DNA of 64,000 bases. Source: Gekko japonicus. Its lineage: Eukaryota. The position numbers were made by a program, and so were the translations under genes. This document shows positions 1-13,249 of the stretch, one piece after another. Under the pieces are notes generated by a model, which did not search any database, had not been told where the DNA came from, and was given only the letters and a program-made list of their open reading frames with translations. The stretch's first letter is position 1, and each line of letters begins with the position of its first letter. The stretch covers positions 124,001 through 188,000 of the forward strand of contig NW_015167559.1 of NCBI RefSeq assembly GCF_001447785.1, in the 5' to 3' direction.

Positions 1-537
1 ATCCTGTTTGATAAATAACCATGTTTGCCCCACTAAAAGATAATATAGTACAATAAACTTAAAAATCAAACACATCAATGTACACTGTACACTGAAAAAT
101 GCCCAGAAGTTCTTGAATGTAATTGCAAGCACAGTATCTCTTAAGATGACTGGAAGCAGATAACAAGATCACTGGTTTCACATACTGATATTGTAGTTAA
201 ATTCAGTGTTAACAAATTCATAACTAGAGTTGAGGGCAACAAGGATGGGCAAAAAAAAATCATGCGTTAGTGGACAGAGGTTGGGAGAGGAACTGCACAA
301 ACCAACACGTGACTCCAAAACTCTTGACTGTAGCTAAGAAATCCCCACCACTCCATCTATACCAATCTACAATAAACGTAGGATGGAATTTTGCAAAAAC
401 CCAACAACATAACTATTCTGCAAGAAAATTCACAAATATTTATCAGCTATAATTTGAGCACTTATATAATAAACTTTGTAAAATGTATTTCTGGTATGGG
501 TGCACCCACCTTCTATGATATGGGTATAACTGCACAT

Positions 538-860
538 AAACATGGAATTCACTGCCACAGGAAGTGGTGGGTGCTACAAGCATGGACGGCTTCAAAAGGG
601 AATTAGATAAGCATATGGAGCAGAGGTCCATCAGTGGCTATTAGCCACAAGGTATAGCTAGGGGCTCTGGGGCAAGTGATGCTCTGTCTTCTTGGTGCTT
701 GGGGGGGGGGCAACAGTGGGATGGCTTCTAATGTCCTGGCCCCACTGCTGGACCTCCTGATGGCACTGGTATTTCTGGCCACTGTGTGACACAGAGTGTT
801 GGACTGGATGGGCCTTTGGCCTGATCCAACATTGGCGTCTCTTATGTTCTTATGTTCTTA
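538..860 (+). mobile_element. CR1-type LINE 3' end
   Basis: tggaattcactgccacaggaagtg...ggcctgatccaacat followed by (TTCTTATG)n tail; same family at 22793, 23209 and 54229. Confidence 0.8.
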
Positions 861-1105
861 TTTAGAATGTTTATTCAGAATCCTGCTTGAGGTGGCTTAA
901 AATTAAAAACCATTAAAAAAGCCCTTTAAAAAAGGGCCGAAACAAGTCCAACAGTTTTCTTGACGACCACGTGCTCACATCACTGTTTTATTTTATTTTC
1001 CATTGTGACATCTGTTTTGGTAAAACTTCCAGTTGAAATTAATGCAAAGACTTTTTTTGCCAATAGATATGCAAACCATTAGCAAAATAACTTAGTTATA
1101 CATAC

Positions 1106-1353
1106 CTTTCTCTCCTTGTCTTTTCTAACTTGTCCTTCAAGATCAGGATCTCTTTTTTAAGAGAAAGCTGTTGGCTCTCTGCATCACGCAGTTCTTTCTT
1201 CAGGTTTTTAATTTCATTACAATGTACCACTTCTCGTTTGGATAGCTCCTCTTCATAAAAAACACTTTTCTTTTCCAAATCAGCCTTTAATTTGGTGATC
1301 TCTTGTTGATGTTCTGTGCTGCTCACTCCTGGAGAGCGACCAATTTGCTTCTG
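1106..1353 (-). CDS. CDC42BPA: MRCK-alpha exon (exon 15 equivalent), 248 nt
   Basis: tttgtag|CAG AAG...GAA AG|gtatgt; [41 protein letters not shown]...[10 protein letters not shown]. Confidence 0.97.
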
Positions 1354-2109
1354 CTACAAAAAAGGGTTATCTTTGAATTAACTTTCATGAACTGAAGAAC
1401 TATGAAAACATGGGTTTAGGAATAACTCTGGAGCGAGTACGTAAACAAACATGTATGCAATGGCATACTGTGGAAGTATAATTTATGTAATTAACGTAAG
1501 AAGACCCCTGGTAGATCAGACCAATGATCCAACTAGTTCAGCACTATGAAGTGGCCAACCAGTTATCTTGGAGGGCCAACAACAGGGCATAGAGGCCAAG
1601 ATCTTCCTCCGATGCTGTGCACTGGTATTCAGAGGTTTATTGCTTCTGATTGAGAAAATACAGAGGCATACACTAGCTATTAATTTTCCCTCCAAAATCA
1701 ACATCATATAAATCCAAAATCAAGTCTACATGGCACTAAGAAATTCTTTGCTTACATGTTTTACAAGACCTGGCACAGTTTGCAGTATTATCACTTCCTG
1801 CTATTTCAGCAGTCCATGTTACAAGATATTTACAGAATGGGGAAAAAATCAAATCATCAATGTACTCAATGCTTTACATTATTTTACACTGACATTATAC
1901 GGTAAGATATCTTGGGATATCAAGGGGAAAATGGTGATGTACTGGTTGTTCATAGGGCAATGGCTATAAATCCATAGTTGCACAGAAAGGTTTTTTCTCT
2001 CTCTAGGGAAAATGATATATGAACTTGCATAACCCTTTCCTGCATTTCTGACAGAGACCTTGACAGGCAGCAATTACATTTTAAAGTGCTGAAGTCAACA
2101 AAGACTAAC

Positions 2110-2220
2110 CTTTAGTCCTTCTAGCTCATTTTCCAGCTGTTTAGAGTACTGCTCACTTCGTTCACGCAATTTCCTGTCCTTGGATGCCTCGGCAGCTGCA
2201 GCTTCAGCATGAACTTCCAA
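2110..2220 (-). CDS. CDC42BPA: MRCK-alpha exon (exon 14 equivalent), 111 nt
   Basis: tttgtag|TTG GAA...CTA AAG|gttagt; LEVHAEAAAAEASKDRKLRERSEQYSKQLENELEGLK. Confidence 0.97.
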
Positions 2221-2310
2221 CTACAAACATTATTTTGAAAATAGTAACCATTCCTTTCCATTTTATCCTACTTTGATAGTGCATCAGAGAAACAATCCAG
2301 GTATTGCAAT

Positions 2311-2517
2311 CAGTGTTCCCTCTGAACTGAGTCAGTGTGAGCTAGCTCACAGTTTTTTTAGCCTCCGGCTCACACATTTTTGTCTCAGCTCAGGAAGGAT
2401 GGCTCCAGAGCAAACTCATTTATGCAGTAGCCAAATCGCTGGCTCGCGACTTTAATGCCAGTAGCTCACAAAGTAGAATTTTTGCTCACAGGACTCCACA
2501 GCTTAGAGGGAACATTG
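2311..2517. mobile_element. hAT-type MITE, ~207 bp
   Basis: TIRs cagtgttccctct / agagggaacattg; perfect 8-bp TSD attgcaat (2303-2310, 2518-2525); inverted copy at 7998-8203. Confidence 0.9.
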
Positions 2518-3585
2518 ATTGCAATACTATACTTCAAAGACATGTTTTAGACAGAAGCCAAGGACAATTAACATCCAACTCCTAAGCACTTTACTGGTAA
2601 GTAAGTTCCACCAACTGCAAAGGGACTTACTAACAAGTAAATGTTACTTAGAACTGCATACTAAGGATCTTAATTAATCTCGTTATTAGCCCCTAGTTTC
2701 TGGCAAGCAATAGTTTTAGAGTGCAACTATATAACCATCGTCACTAAGTGCTACAGATTGTTTACTAGCTAAAGCATAGAACCATCAGTATTATTGTTGG
2801 TAGTTACTAGGCATTCTAATAGAAAAATACACATAATTTATCAACATCAAATATTAGTAATATAATAATTAATACTAATATAATGATTGTATCAAATACA
2901 AAAATATGTATGCAAACAAACGTAGGCTTAAGCAGCTGGCTCCCACTGAAAGGACACTTTCACCAGCAGGGAGGTGTATGACTTCTGCTCATTTCTCCCT
3001 CCCAGTGCAAACCCCCACAATGTGCCCAGCACTGTTTGTAGGACTTCTCTCAATCCCATGGCAGCATTTGGGGCTAAAGTGGAAAGGACAGATGTGAAGG
3101 CCCATTCCATGAGCTCCACTGCACCTGCAGTTCTCATTGGATATAAACTGCTATATTATTATTAATTATAGCAGACATAAAAGATTTCTTACTCCCTTTT
3201 ATTCTGCTCATTTTTTTCATCAAATGGAACAAAAGCAGCCCACATTCTAAGGCACAATTATTGAATTCATTATCTTCCTTCTATTGGTCTACTATGTTGT
3301 AAGTTTTTATACCAAAGCAGTTCCCACAGATTTTCCAAAATAATATTAAGAACACTGAATCATTACTCAGATACTTTACAGTGTTTAGAAGTATTCATCT
3401 GAGAAGTGCAACATTTTGGAAACAAACCAACATTTTTTTTCAAAAACTTGCAAACATATATAAGAAGAGTTCATTATCCACCCATTACTACAACTCCTCA
3501 ACTTTAAAAAAGTAAAAAACCCAGCAAAATAAGCTTTATTTTGAGCAAACTCTTTCCTGCAGTCACCATCCCAAAAGTAACATAC

Positions 3586-3828
3586 TTCCTTTTTCATTCT
3601 CTCTGTTCTGCGTAGCTCTTGCCTCAAGCTTTCCACCTTTTGCATCACCACTTCCATCTCCTCTTCTTTATCTCTGACTTGACGGGTGAGTTTCTGTTTC
3701 TGTGAATGCAAGTCAGTAAGTCGCTCATTCATTTCAGAGAATTCCTGCATGGCCAGCTTCCGTTGACTGTGTGCATCTTTCAGCTCTTTGGTTTGGGTCT
3801 TTAATCTTTCGCTAGACTCAATTAGTTC
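3586..3828 (-). CDS. CDC42BPA: MRCK-alpha exon (exon 13 equivalent), 243 nt, coiled coil
   Basis: attacag|GAA CTA...AAG GAA|gtatgt; [37 protein letters not shown]...RRTERMKKE. Confidence 0.97.
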
Positions 3829-4214
3829 CTGTAATTAAAAACAAAGCATAGCATATCCTTAATTTGCGGAATCACGTAACTAGATGAGTGTTCCAAGTTT
3901 CTATTAGAATAAACACACACTTTCTATCTCCTTTGCCAAACAACGCATACCTAAGTGTTTTTATCAAGAAAAGAAGTTGCCATGAAGATGTTAATATTTC
4001 AGCTTCACTGCAATCAGTGGACCTTCATAAACGAAATCTGAATTTCAACTAATCATAGTCCAACCTATGATCCAAGACAAATCTTTCATTACATGCAACT
4101 AATCATACAAATACACAAGGTAGCTAGCTGCATCGTAATTTAAAATACTACTGCAATAGATTTTCATGGTAATTTTAACTAGACTACATATGCATACAAA
4201 ATTATTCCATAAGG

Positions 4215-5945
4215 TAGAGAATTTTCACATGTCCTTTAAGGCAACCAAACAGATGGCTGTATATGTAGACATCACCGGATGGCCAATATAGAAATCAAAT
4301 AAGTTACATAACTGGAAGCAGAAAAAGGAGAAGTTGTATTCTCTGAGCTAAAACAAAACCAGAAGCTCACTGTGCTATAGAATAATGAATTATTAATATA
4401 AAAATTAGAATAAAGATGAAGAAAAACACCAAAACATTCATAGTGCCAAAATACAATCTAAACAACATTGATGAAACTTTTAAAATTTCTAAAGATAGAC
4501 AAGAAACAAAAGTAAAAGGTGCCAGAAATAGAACCAGAAGTCAAAATGCAATGTTCCAGCAACCGGCATGTAGAGACAAAGAGAACTATTATCAGGGGTC
4601 TTGTTGTAGAAAAAGAGCTGCCGGAGCTCATTAGCATAACTCATTAGCATAACTTATTTGCATATGCCACGCCCCCTGACATCACCGGAAGTGACAGAAG
4701 GCCACACCCCCTGACATCACCGGAAGTGTGTCAGAAGGCCCGGCTACTTACCCTCCTGCTTCATCCTCATTCCCAAACGGAATGAGGATCGAAGCAGAGG
4801 GCGGGGTAAAGAAGGGGGCGGGGCTTCACCACGTGACCGCCCCGCCCCCTAGAGGTTCTCTTCCGGAGCTCCGTACCTGAGAGCTCCCCCCCGACTAGAG
4901 CCCTGACTATTATACTAACCAGTGTAAAGAAATAGAAGACAGCAACAAAAAAGAACAAGAAATCTGTTCCACAAGAGCCAAGAGTTCAAAGGGACATTTA
5001 AAGCATGATTAGGCATGTTGAAAGATCAACACAGAAATGCATTAACTGAACAGGACAAAATAAAGAAAAGATAGGAACAATACACTGAAGAATTATACAG
5101 AAGAGATGAAAGGATGATAGATTCCTTCAAAGAAGAAAGTTTTCAAAAACAACATACAAAGTGAAGTGAAAGAGAGCAGTTGGGAAAAACAAATCAGCAA
5201 GAGTAGATTGGATATCAGTAGAGCTATTCCAAGCAAAAGAAATGGAGTCCATCAAAATCTTAACCACAATATGGCAACAAATATGGAAAACAAAACAATG
5301 ACCCATAGACTGGAAATATTCAATCTACATTCTAATTCCAAAAAAGGAGACATCAAAGACTGCAGCAACTATCGGACCATCGCATTAATTTATCATGCAA
5401 GTAAAATGATGCTCAAAATCTTACAACAAAGACTGTTACCATATCTGAAACAAGAAATGTCAGATGTTCAAGCTGGATTCAGAAAAGGAAGAGGCACTAG
5501 ATATCATATGGCAAATTTACATTGTTTACTGGAGCATACGAGAGAATTTCAGCTTCTGATTCATAATTACAGTTTTTGACTGTGTGAGTTATGAAAAGCT
5601 ATGGTTGGTTTTAAAAGAAATGGGTGGGTCACAACATCTTGACTGTTTCTATGAGAACCTATATTCTGGACAAGAGGCTACTATTAGGACAGAATATGGA
5701 GAAACAGAATGGTTTCCAGTTGGCAAAGTTGTCAGAGAAGGAAGCATTTTATCTCCCTGTCTGTTCAACCTCTATGCAGAACATATCATGGGGAAACCTA
5801 GATTAGATTTAGATGAAGGTGGAGTAAAAATTGATGGAAGAAACATTAAGAATTGGAGATATGCAAATGACACCACATTACTGGCAGAAAATACTGAAGA
5901 CTTGAAATGCCTAATAAAGGTTAAAGCAGAAAGTGCACTTTAGCT
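4215..5945 (+). mobile_element. Degraded RTE-clade LINE (RT fragment), interrupted by a MITE
   Basis: Broken frames KKGDIKDCSNYRTIALI, QAGFRKGRGTR, SILSPCLFNLYAE, YANDTTLLAE; left boundary approximate. Confidence 0.85.
4593..4905. mobile_element. hAT-type MITE with octamer/ETS-rich body
   Basis: Termini caggggtc / gagccctg; perfect TSD actattat (4585-4592, 4906-4913); related inverted copy at 27568-28063. Confidence 0.85.
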
Positions 5946-6308
5946 GCAGCTTCATATGAACTATATAGATACATATTCATCCAATGCCTCCATGATGCCT
6001 GGACTATGTTTTCATATTATTTTCTGTCAGATTTGACATTATACTGCTGTTCTAACATACTTATCCATTGTTTGCCCTCTAACTGTTATAATTATCATCC
6101 TATCCTGAACCCACAAAGGATTTCTATATATAAATATTACTAACTACATGGAACACTTTAAAACCTGAAGTCAATCAAATAGGACCACACATTTGGCAAT
6201 GCATGTAGTGCTTTTAATTATGACAGTATCACAAACATTGTTACAATGTAGATAAGGTTGGTGATATTTTTATATAGCCCAATCACTTTTTCTGTATGAC
6301 TGTACTAA

Positions 6309-6718
6309 GGTGGCGGTCACACGCACGAGATAGTGCGGGAGGGAAGCAAGGCCATTTCCTCCGGATGAATTTGACCCGCAGTTGCGCAATCACACAGTCC
6401 TTTAAAGCTGCGGGGACAGCCCGCCACTGCATAATCAGACACAATCATGGGTGAGTTGGGTTTTTTTTTTGCCATTTGTTCCCGATGCGTCATGAGAGCG
6501 CGCTGGAGCGATCAGACAGGGGAATCTGTGGCCCGTAACAACCCGTTTGCTACTGGAGTTTCCCTGGTGTCTTTTTACTCTGCTTCTGCAGTGGAGCAAA
6601 ACAGGTTGCCTATGGGTGCGGGGTGCTTCCCAGATGTTCATGTCTAATCGCACCCTTTAAATCTGCTCGGTCGGCATTCACGCCTATGGCGCGGCTAATT
6701 GTGTGTGCAATCGTGCCC
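6309..6718. mobile_element. PIF/Harbinger-like MITE
   Basis: TAA on both sides; imperfect TIRs ggtggcggtcacacgcac vs revcomp gggcacgattgcacacac; CpG-rich inside AT-rich intron. Confidence 0.6.
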
Positions 6719-6804
6719 TAAAATTGCTCTCTTCTGAGCTGAAATGTTCTATTACTGAAATAGATACAATTGTTTTAAAAAGGGATAGATGAAATACAAT
6801 TTAC

Positions 6805-6938
6805 CTTATTAAGATCATCCTTCTCTTGTTTGAATGCTTTGATTTGCTTCTCAAATGTTTTGATTTGTCGAGCAGCCTCTTCTAATTCTTGTCTTGCAGA
6901 ACTGGCTTCTTCAAGTTGCTGTTCAAGTCGTCCAGAAT
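6805..6938 (-). CDS. CDC42BPA: MRCK-alpha exon (exon 12 equivalent), 134 nt, coiled coil
   Basis: ttcatag|AT TCT GGA...AAT AAG|gtaaat; (D)SGRLEQQLEEASSARQELEEAARQIKTFEKQIKAFKQEKDDLNK. Confidence 0.96.
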
Positions 6939-7818
6939 CTATGAAGAAAATTGCTAAATGTTACAGGATAAAATATAAAACTTGTGGAATACTGTGGAAC
7001 AGAATTAACACCTGAAAGCACCTGGGCAATATCTGGCCATTGCAGAAGGAATGGCTGGCCTCCCAGTGGTAACATTTGGTCGTCCACAACCTGTGTATAA
7101 ATAGGTAAATATTGATTACAACAATGGGACTTGCCAGCAGTCCACCCTGGCAAAGGGGCTTTTTCAAAAATATGTTGTATAATTTAGGGCTACATAGCTT
7201 AATGTATATTATTCCACATTTTCACACATCAAAATCTACGTCTGTTATATTACTCTGCTTCATGTCTTCTTCCCTATGGATCAGTTGTCAATTTACTGCT
7301 TGCTGAACAGAAGAGTTTACAAGCATCCAAGCTACAACCTTCCATGAAGCAATGGAGTGCCTTACAGAAGTGGTTCCCAACCTTTTTGGTATGGTGATCC
7401 ACAAGTCTAAATTTACTTCGTACAGTGACCCATCCACGGCTGGCACAAACTTTGACCTTGGCACCCATCTACTCTAGCATTCCATTTTCCATAGCGCCCA
7501 ACCAGATGTTTTTGAGAAACCAGCAAACATCACACAAAGGGTGCAGCTGCCCCACCATGAACCCCAAGCTAATAGGAGTTTATCTCCTCCTCTTCCTCTG
7601 CCAGCTGGGCCAGAGCCAGAGTTTGCAGAAGTGCGCTTGGGGATGTTGAGGTTGAGGAGATACACAAAAATGGCAGATGGTGAGGAGATTAACAAAGAGA
7701 GGCTCAGTACACTACATCTCCCACAGCAGTTAGAGGAGAAAGAGGCACTGCAGGAGGCTGAGGAAGAGGTTCAACTGCTGAAGGAGCAGCACCAAGGAAA
7801 AGCCCATGCATGCACACA

Positions 7819-8320
7819 CCAGTTTGGTGTAGTGGTTAAGTGCACGGACTCTAATCTGGGAGAACCGGGTTTGATTCCCCACTCCTCCACTTGCACCTGG
7901 GCTGGATGACCTTGGGCAAGCCATAGTTCTGATAAGAGCTGTTCTTTGAAAAGAGCAGCTTCTTTCAGAGCTCTCCCAGCCCCACCTACCTCACAGGCAA
8001 TGTTCCCTCTAAGCTGTGGAGTCTTGTGAGCAAAGATTCTACTTTGTGAGCTCCTGGCATTAAAGTTGTGAGCGAGTGATTTGGCTACTGCATGAATTAG
8101 TTTGCTCTGGAGCCATCCTTCCTGGGCTAAGACAAAAATGTGTGAGCCGGATGCTAAAAAACTGTGAGCTAGCTCACACGAACTCAGCTTAGAGGGAACA
8201 CTGCTCACAGGGTGTATGTTGTGGGGAGGGGAAGGGAAAGGAGTTTGTAAGCCGCTCTGAGACTCCTTTGGGTAGTGAAGAACAGGGTATAAATCCAATC
8301 TCTTCTTCTCTTCTTCTTCT
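7819..8320 (+). mobile_element. Squam3-like tRNA-derived SINE, interrupted by MITE 7998-8203
   Basis: A box tggtgtagtggttaag, B box ggtttgattccc, 3' gtaagccgctctgagactc...ataaatccaat(ctt)n. Confidence 0.85.
7998..8203. mobile_element. hAT-type MITE (family of 2311-2517, inverted)
   Basis: TIRs caatgttccctctaagctg / cagcttagagggaacactg; perfect TSD ctcacagg. Confidence 0.9.
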
Positions 8321-9824
8321 CTGTCTACCCTCCAGTGTTTTTTCCATGGTATTCTGAACAGCTTCCACCTACTCTCCAACCTTTCCCCATTTCTTTCAGC
8401 TACTACCATAAAGTTACTAGCTGCACAATTGTTTCCCCCTCATTATTGTCACAAAAAAGGAGGGAGAGATGAGAATGTGAGAAGTTGGCGAGGAGCAAAG
8501 AAAGAGAAGGATGCAAAGTGCAGGCGCACCATTAGGGAGGGCTGGTCTGCAACCCACTTTCATGGACTTCATGACCCACTTTTGGGTCTTGTTCCACAGG
8601 CTGGGAAACACTGCCTTACATCACCTGGTCACCTTAGCACTGTTACACTTCAATGCCTAGCATGTAGATATATCTAGACTAGTTATTTACCATGTTTTCT
8701 CAGTGCCAATGGGAGCACCTGTCTAGTTGGAATGGTAACAATTGTCTGACCTGAATAATCTATACTAATAATAAATTACAATCCTTAGAGCAGCAACATA
8801 TTAAACTGCAAAATGGCATTTAGATGGAAGTTTAATTCCCCAATATCTATGCTGATGAATTATGAATCGCATAGAAAAGAATCAGAATGAATGGTAAACT
8901 AAAATGAAGAATGGTAAGGTCCTTATCCTACATGTTTAATTTTTCTTGTGCAATTTCAGCTTCATCCATTTCCAGAAAAGAAAACATATAAAAGAAGTGA
9001 CTATCTTGAATGCCGGGCTGTGTATATCTTGCCACTGTTTTTGCATTTCTTTTTAAGGGGAAGTCCTGGGAAGTTCACAAATACAGAAAATACAACCATA
9101 CACCCCAAATATGGACTTGAATAACCCAGATACACAGACATAAGAAATGAGCCAAATGAAAAAAAGAACACATGGCCAGAAACAAATGTGCTTTACTATG
9201 ACAAACAGATGCAGCAAACCTGCCAGAAGTATACCAGAAGACCAAACATCTTCACTGGTGACATACCCAAAGTCTTATTGATTTCAACAATGTAAATGCA
9301 GATAGCAGAACAATATTATTATTAGATTTCACCAGTTCCTTTAATTGTCTAAGCATTTTTTTAGCTGATTGCTAGTTTTCACTTACAAAACCAACCACAC
9401 ATGGTTTACAACATGCCATGCCAAATCACAGTAGTTATCATGATACTTTATGACAGAATATGATAAAGTACATAGTATAAAGTCAGTTTTCAGATACCAT
9501 ACTTTGAGATGGAATAATTAATGTTATATGTTTTAGCAAGTTAACATTATATTCAGATGGCTTTATTTCTAATGTTAACACCATTTGTGTTATGTCTTTT
9601 CTTTGTTTATTGTTTCTGTAACTACATAAAAGAATGTATTTTAGAAACCCTATATTTTAAAACAAAGTGTTATTCGCTTTAAAAGCAAACATGATTTCAA
9701 AAATGCAACTAACACATGTCAAGTATGTCACAAACTTGAGAACAAAATATACAAAAGCATATGTTTTTGTTTTATTTTTTTCTTATAAAAATGAAACTTT
9801 AATAAATCTTTAAATAGAGTATTA

Positions 9825-11870
9825 TAGGGACTCATGCCCCCTGGATATGCTGTCCACCACCAACCCCATACAACTGGCCAAGGGGAAGTTGTGGCTATTA
9901 TCCTCCATGAGGATTATCAACTTTTGCAGACTTCCAGTGCAAATTATAACTGGCACTGACTGTATGTTCCTTATACTAGGGACTAAGGACAGGTCTACTG
10001 GCCACCTAGTTCCCCAGTGAGCACATTTCATACTGTCAGATGTGGTATTGCAGACTCCTCGACTGATCGTTCTGGGGGACTTCAATATCCATGCCAAGGA
10101 TACCTTGCCAGGACTGGCTCAGGGTTTTATAATCTCTGCTTTGGACCTCTAACAAATTGCAATGGGCCCAACATATGAAAGAGATCATACATTAGATTTA
10201 ATTTTTTGCACTGAGCTATTGAGGGTGATGATCTGGTTTCAGGGTTAGAGATTCAACCTGCAGCATGGTCTGACCACTACTCACTTAAAGCCAAGGTGAA
10301 TGTGGCTGCAACATCCCATATGAGAGGGGCCACCAGTAAAAATGGTCCATCCACAGAGGCTCATGAATCCTCCTGGGTTCCAGAACGCTCTGGGGAATTT
10401 TAGATCCCAAACACATGCTCAGCTGAGGCTTCAGTGGGAGTGTGGAAAGTGAAGCTTCCTGAAGCTCTCAACAAAGACCGGGAGGAAGAAGATCAACAAA
10501 GACCCTCCACAGGGTGCCGGTAGGGCAGTCCCCATCCCCAGTATATGTGGCCATACGTAGGGATACTCGATTAACTGTAAGCCGCTCAGAGACCCCCTGT
10601 TGAAATAAATAAATAAACAATGTTGCCTTCTATAATCATTCTTGCTTCTGGGATGTAAACCGCCCTCCTGGTTCACCATGGAACTGGGTGACCTGAAGAG
10701 GATTAGGAGACATCTAGAATGATGCTTGCAGCGAACCCTACCAAATCTGGTAGATCATGCTATACAGCCCATCAGAAGACCTACGAAGCAGTGGCGACGG
10801 TAGCAAAGAAATACTACTCTGCTACTATAGCATCAGCTAGTTCACAGCCATCCCTGTTGTTCAAGGTAGCTCAGCAACTGCTGATGTCAAAATGTGAGCC
10901 TTTATTATCAATTAGATGTTATTTTTGCCAAGTTTTTTGCTGATAAAATATTGAGTATACACTCTGATTTGGATGTCAGTTTTAACACAGGCACAACAGA
11001 AGACATGACTAATAAACTGCCTGGTCTATCCATGGATCATTTTGTCCCAGATTCTGTGATGGATGTGGACAAAAATCCTGGGATTGGTGAAGGTCACTAC
11101 TTATACTCTAGATCCTGGCTGCTAAAATTATGTACGGACCACATCAACAAAGCCTTAGTACCTCTTTTAAATCAGTCACTATCTCAGGGCACGTTCTCCT
11201 GGCCAATCAAAGTGGCAGTTATCCATCTCCTACTGGTCTCTAACCTGCCCTTTCTTGTCAAAGTGGTTGAGAGAGCAGTAGCGGACCAGATCTTCTTGGA
11301 TTACTCATCTACTCTAGATCCTTTTCAGTCTGGCTTCCGGCCAGACTATGGCACAGAGACTAGCTTTAGTTGACAACCTTTGTCTGAGTGTAGAAAAGGC
11401 TATGCCTCCTTGTTGCTCTTGTTGGATTTATCTGCAGCCTTTGATAAAGTAGATCATAGCATCTTGTTGAGACACTTGGAGGCAGAAGTCGGTACCAGGG
11501 GCTGTATGCTTAACCGGTTCAAATCATTCCTCACAGACAGGACTCAAAGAGTTCCTGTGGGAGACCAGTTGTCATCATTGTGGGACCTATCCTGTGGACT
11601 TCCATAGGATATAATTTTATCCCCCACATAAAGCCCTTGGGAGAAATCATTCATAGCTTTGGGGTTGGATTTCATCAACATGCTGATTATACCAAGTGCT
11701 ATCCTTATCCTTATACAAATCCCCTGGTGATGTGGTAGAGATTCTGAATAACTGCCTGGCTGCAGTGTTGAACTGGCTAAGAATGAACAATTTAAAACTA
11801 AACCCTAACAAGACAGAGGTAATGCTGATTGGGCAGGTGGAGATCTTGAAAGATACTGTGTTCCCCACTT
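9825..11870 (+). mobile_element. Degraded L2-clade LINE ORF2 (endonuclease plus RT)
   Basis: Broken frames VLGDFNIH, DHTLDLIF, SNLPFLVKVVERAV, DPFQSGFRPDYGTET, LLDLSAAFDKVDH, LKLNPNKTEV. Confidence 0.85.
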
Positions 11871-13249
11871 TTGATGCTTATTGAATGTCCCATCTGTTGG
11901 CTGAATCAACTCAGAGAAATCCGCCTTGAGTCCAAATGAGAAATGTAGGCTATTACTAATGCAAATAAATAAAATGGTTGCACCCAAAGGAAGGTGAGAA
12001 GAGCTCTGCTAGTGGAACAGGTATTTCCTGCCTCCCCTGGTTTTGGTAAACCTCCGTAACACTTGAAAAGCTGCTCTTGAGGGGTGGCAGACTGTCAGGA
12101 ACAGAGTGGGCTGCAGCAGGAGGGACTTCAGTTCGAGTGGGAAATCATGTAATCTCACCCATACAGAAGCAGCAGTGTGTGCTGCTTGTGCAATGGCCCA
12201 TTTAGACTCAACTCCAGGGAAAGCCACATTTCCATCAGCATTTAAGTACAACCCATTTTCTCAGAATTAGATGCTTGTGTCATCATCATCCTTTTAATGA
12301 ACATTAAGGACCAACTCCTAAGACCACCTTCAAAAAACTCCTTAGCTGCCCAAGCCTTTGGAATACAGAAATTTTACACACAGTCCGATACACATAAAAT
12401 TCTCGTATCTTTTAAAAAGTGTTTAGAAAAGTTAGATGTAGCTCAATGCCAGAAATTAACTCTCCCTGAAGTCACGAGCCCAAAAAAGTTTATATGCAGC
12501 CAGAGTGCCAAAATAAACCTCTCCTTCATGTGTCAGCTACTTTGTTCTCTGGTGTACTCTTTGCTTTACATTTTTTGCTGTATTAAAGATTCCTCAAAGT
12601 TTTCTTCTTTTTTACACAGATAACAAAATACTGTACCTTTCATCTCAAAAACTGAAAGCATATGTTAGCTTGTCATTTTACACGATTAGAGAAAGACAAA
12701 AATGCCATAACTTACTATGACCCTGCTGAGCAGAGCTTCAAATATGACATATTACTGCTGTTATTTACACCAGCAATGTTCTTTGTCACATTTTAAACTG
12801 GTTTACAGTGCCATCCTAAACAGAATTATACCCTTTTAACTCTTCCTAGGACAGCACTGTGAAGTAAAAAAAATTTCACTCAGACTCCAGTTCCCATGAT
12901 CTAGTAATAAACAAACATTCATCCTGTACTTTAGGATAGCAGTTGAAATTTCATGTATAAGAAGCTATAATGCTTCCCCCGGATTTAGGTTATTCTAGCT
13001 ATGACCTTTAAGGTCACAAGCAAGATAACTGGCAAGCAGAGATGACTGCAAAAAGCATTGCAAGTAAACAACATCCCAATTTTTAGCTGCTTTGGAAAAG
13101 TTCAGGCCAGCCAACCGAAGGAATCCAACATTCAGTCCTTCCTTGGACATGAGCACTTCTGGGAAAACAGACACAGACTGCTATGATGCTGCACATGTTT
13201 ATTTTGTTGTGTTCAATCGGGCTTATTAAGAGGTAAGACTGCACTCTTA

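Larger units (their letters stand above)
7368..8613. mobile_element. hAT/Charlie-like non-autonomous element hosting a SINE and a MITE
   Basis: Termini aagtggttcccaacc / ggctgggaaacactg; TSD ccttacag/ccttacat (7 of 8). Confidence 0.7.

Noticed and set aside
7819-7895. tRNA-like A and B boxes
   Set aside because: They are SINE heads continuing into SINE bodies, not tRNA genes.
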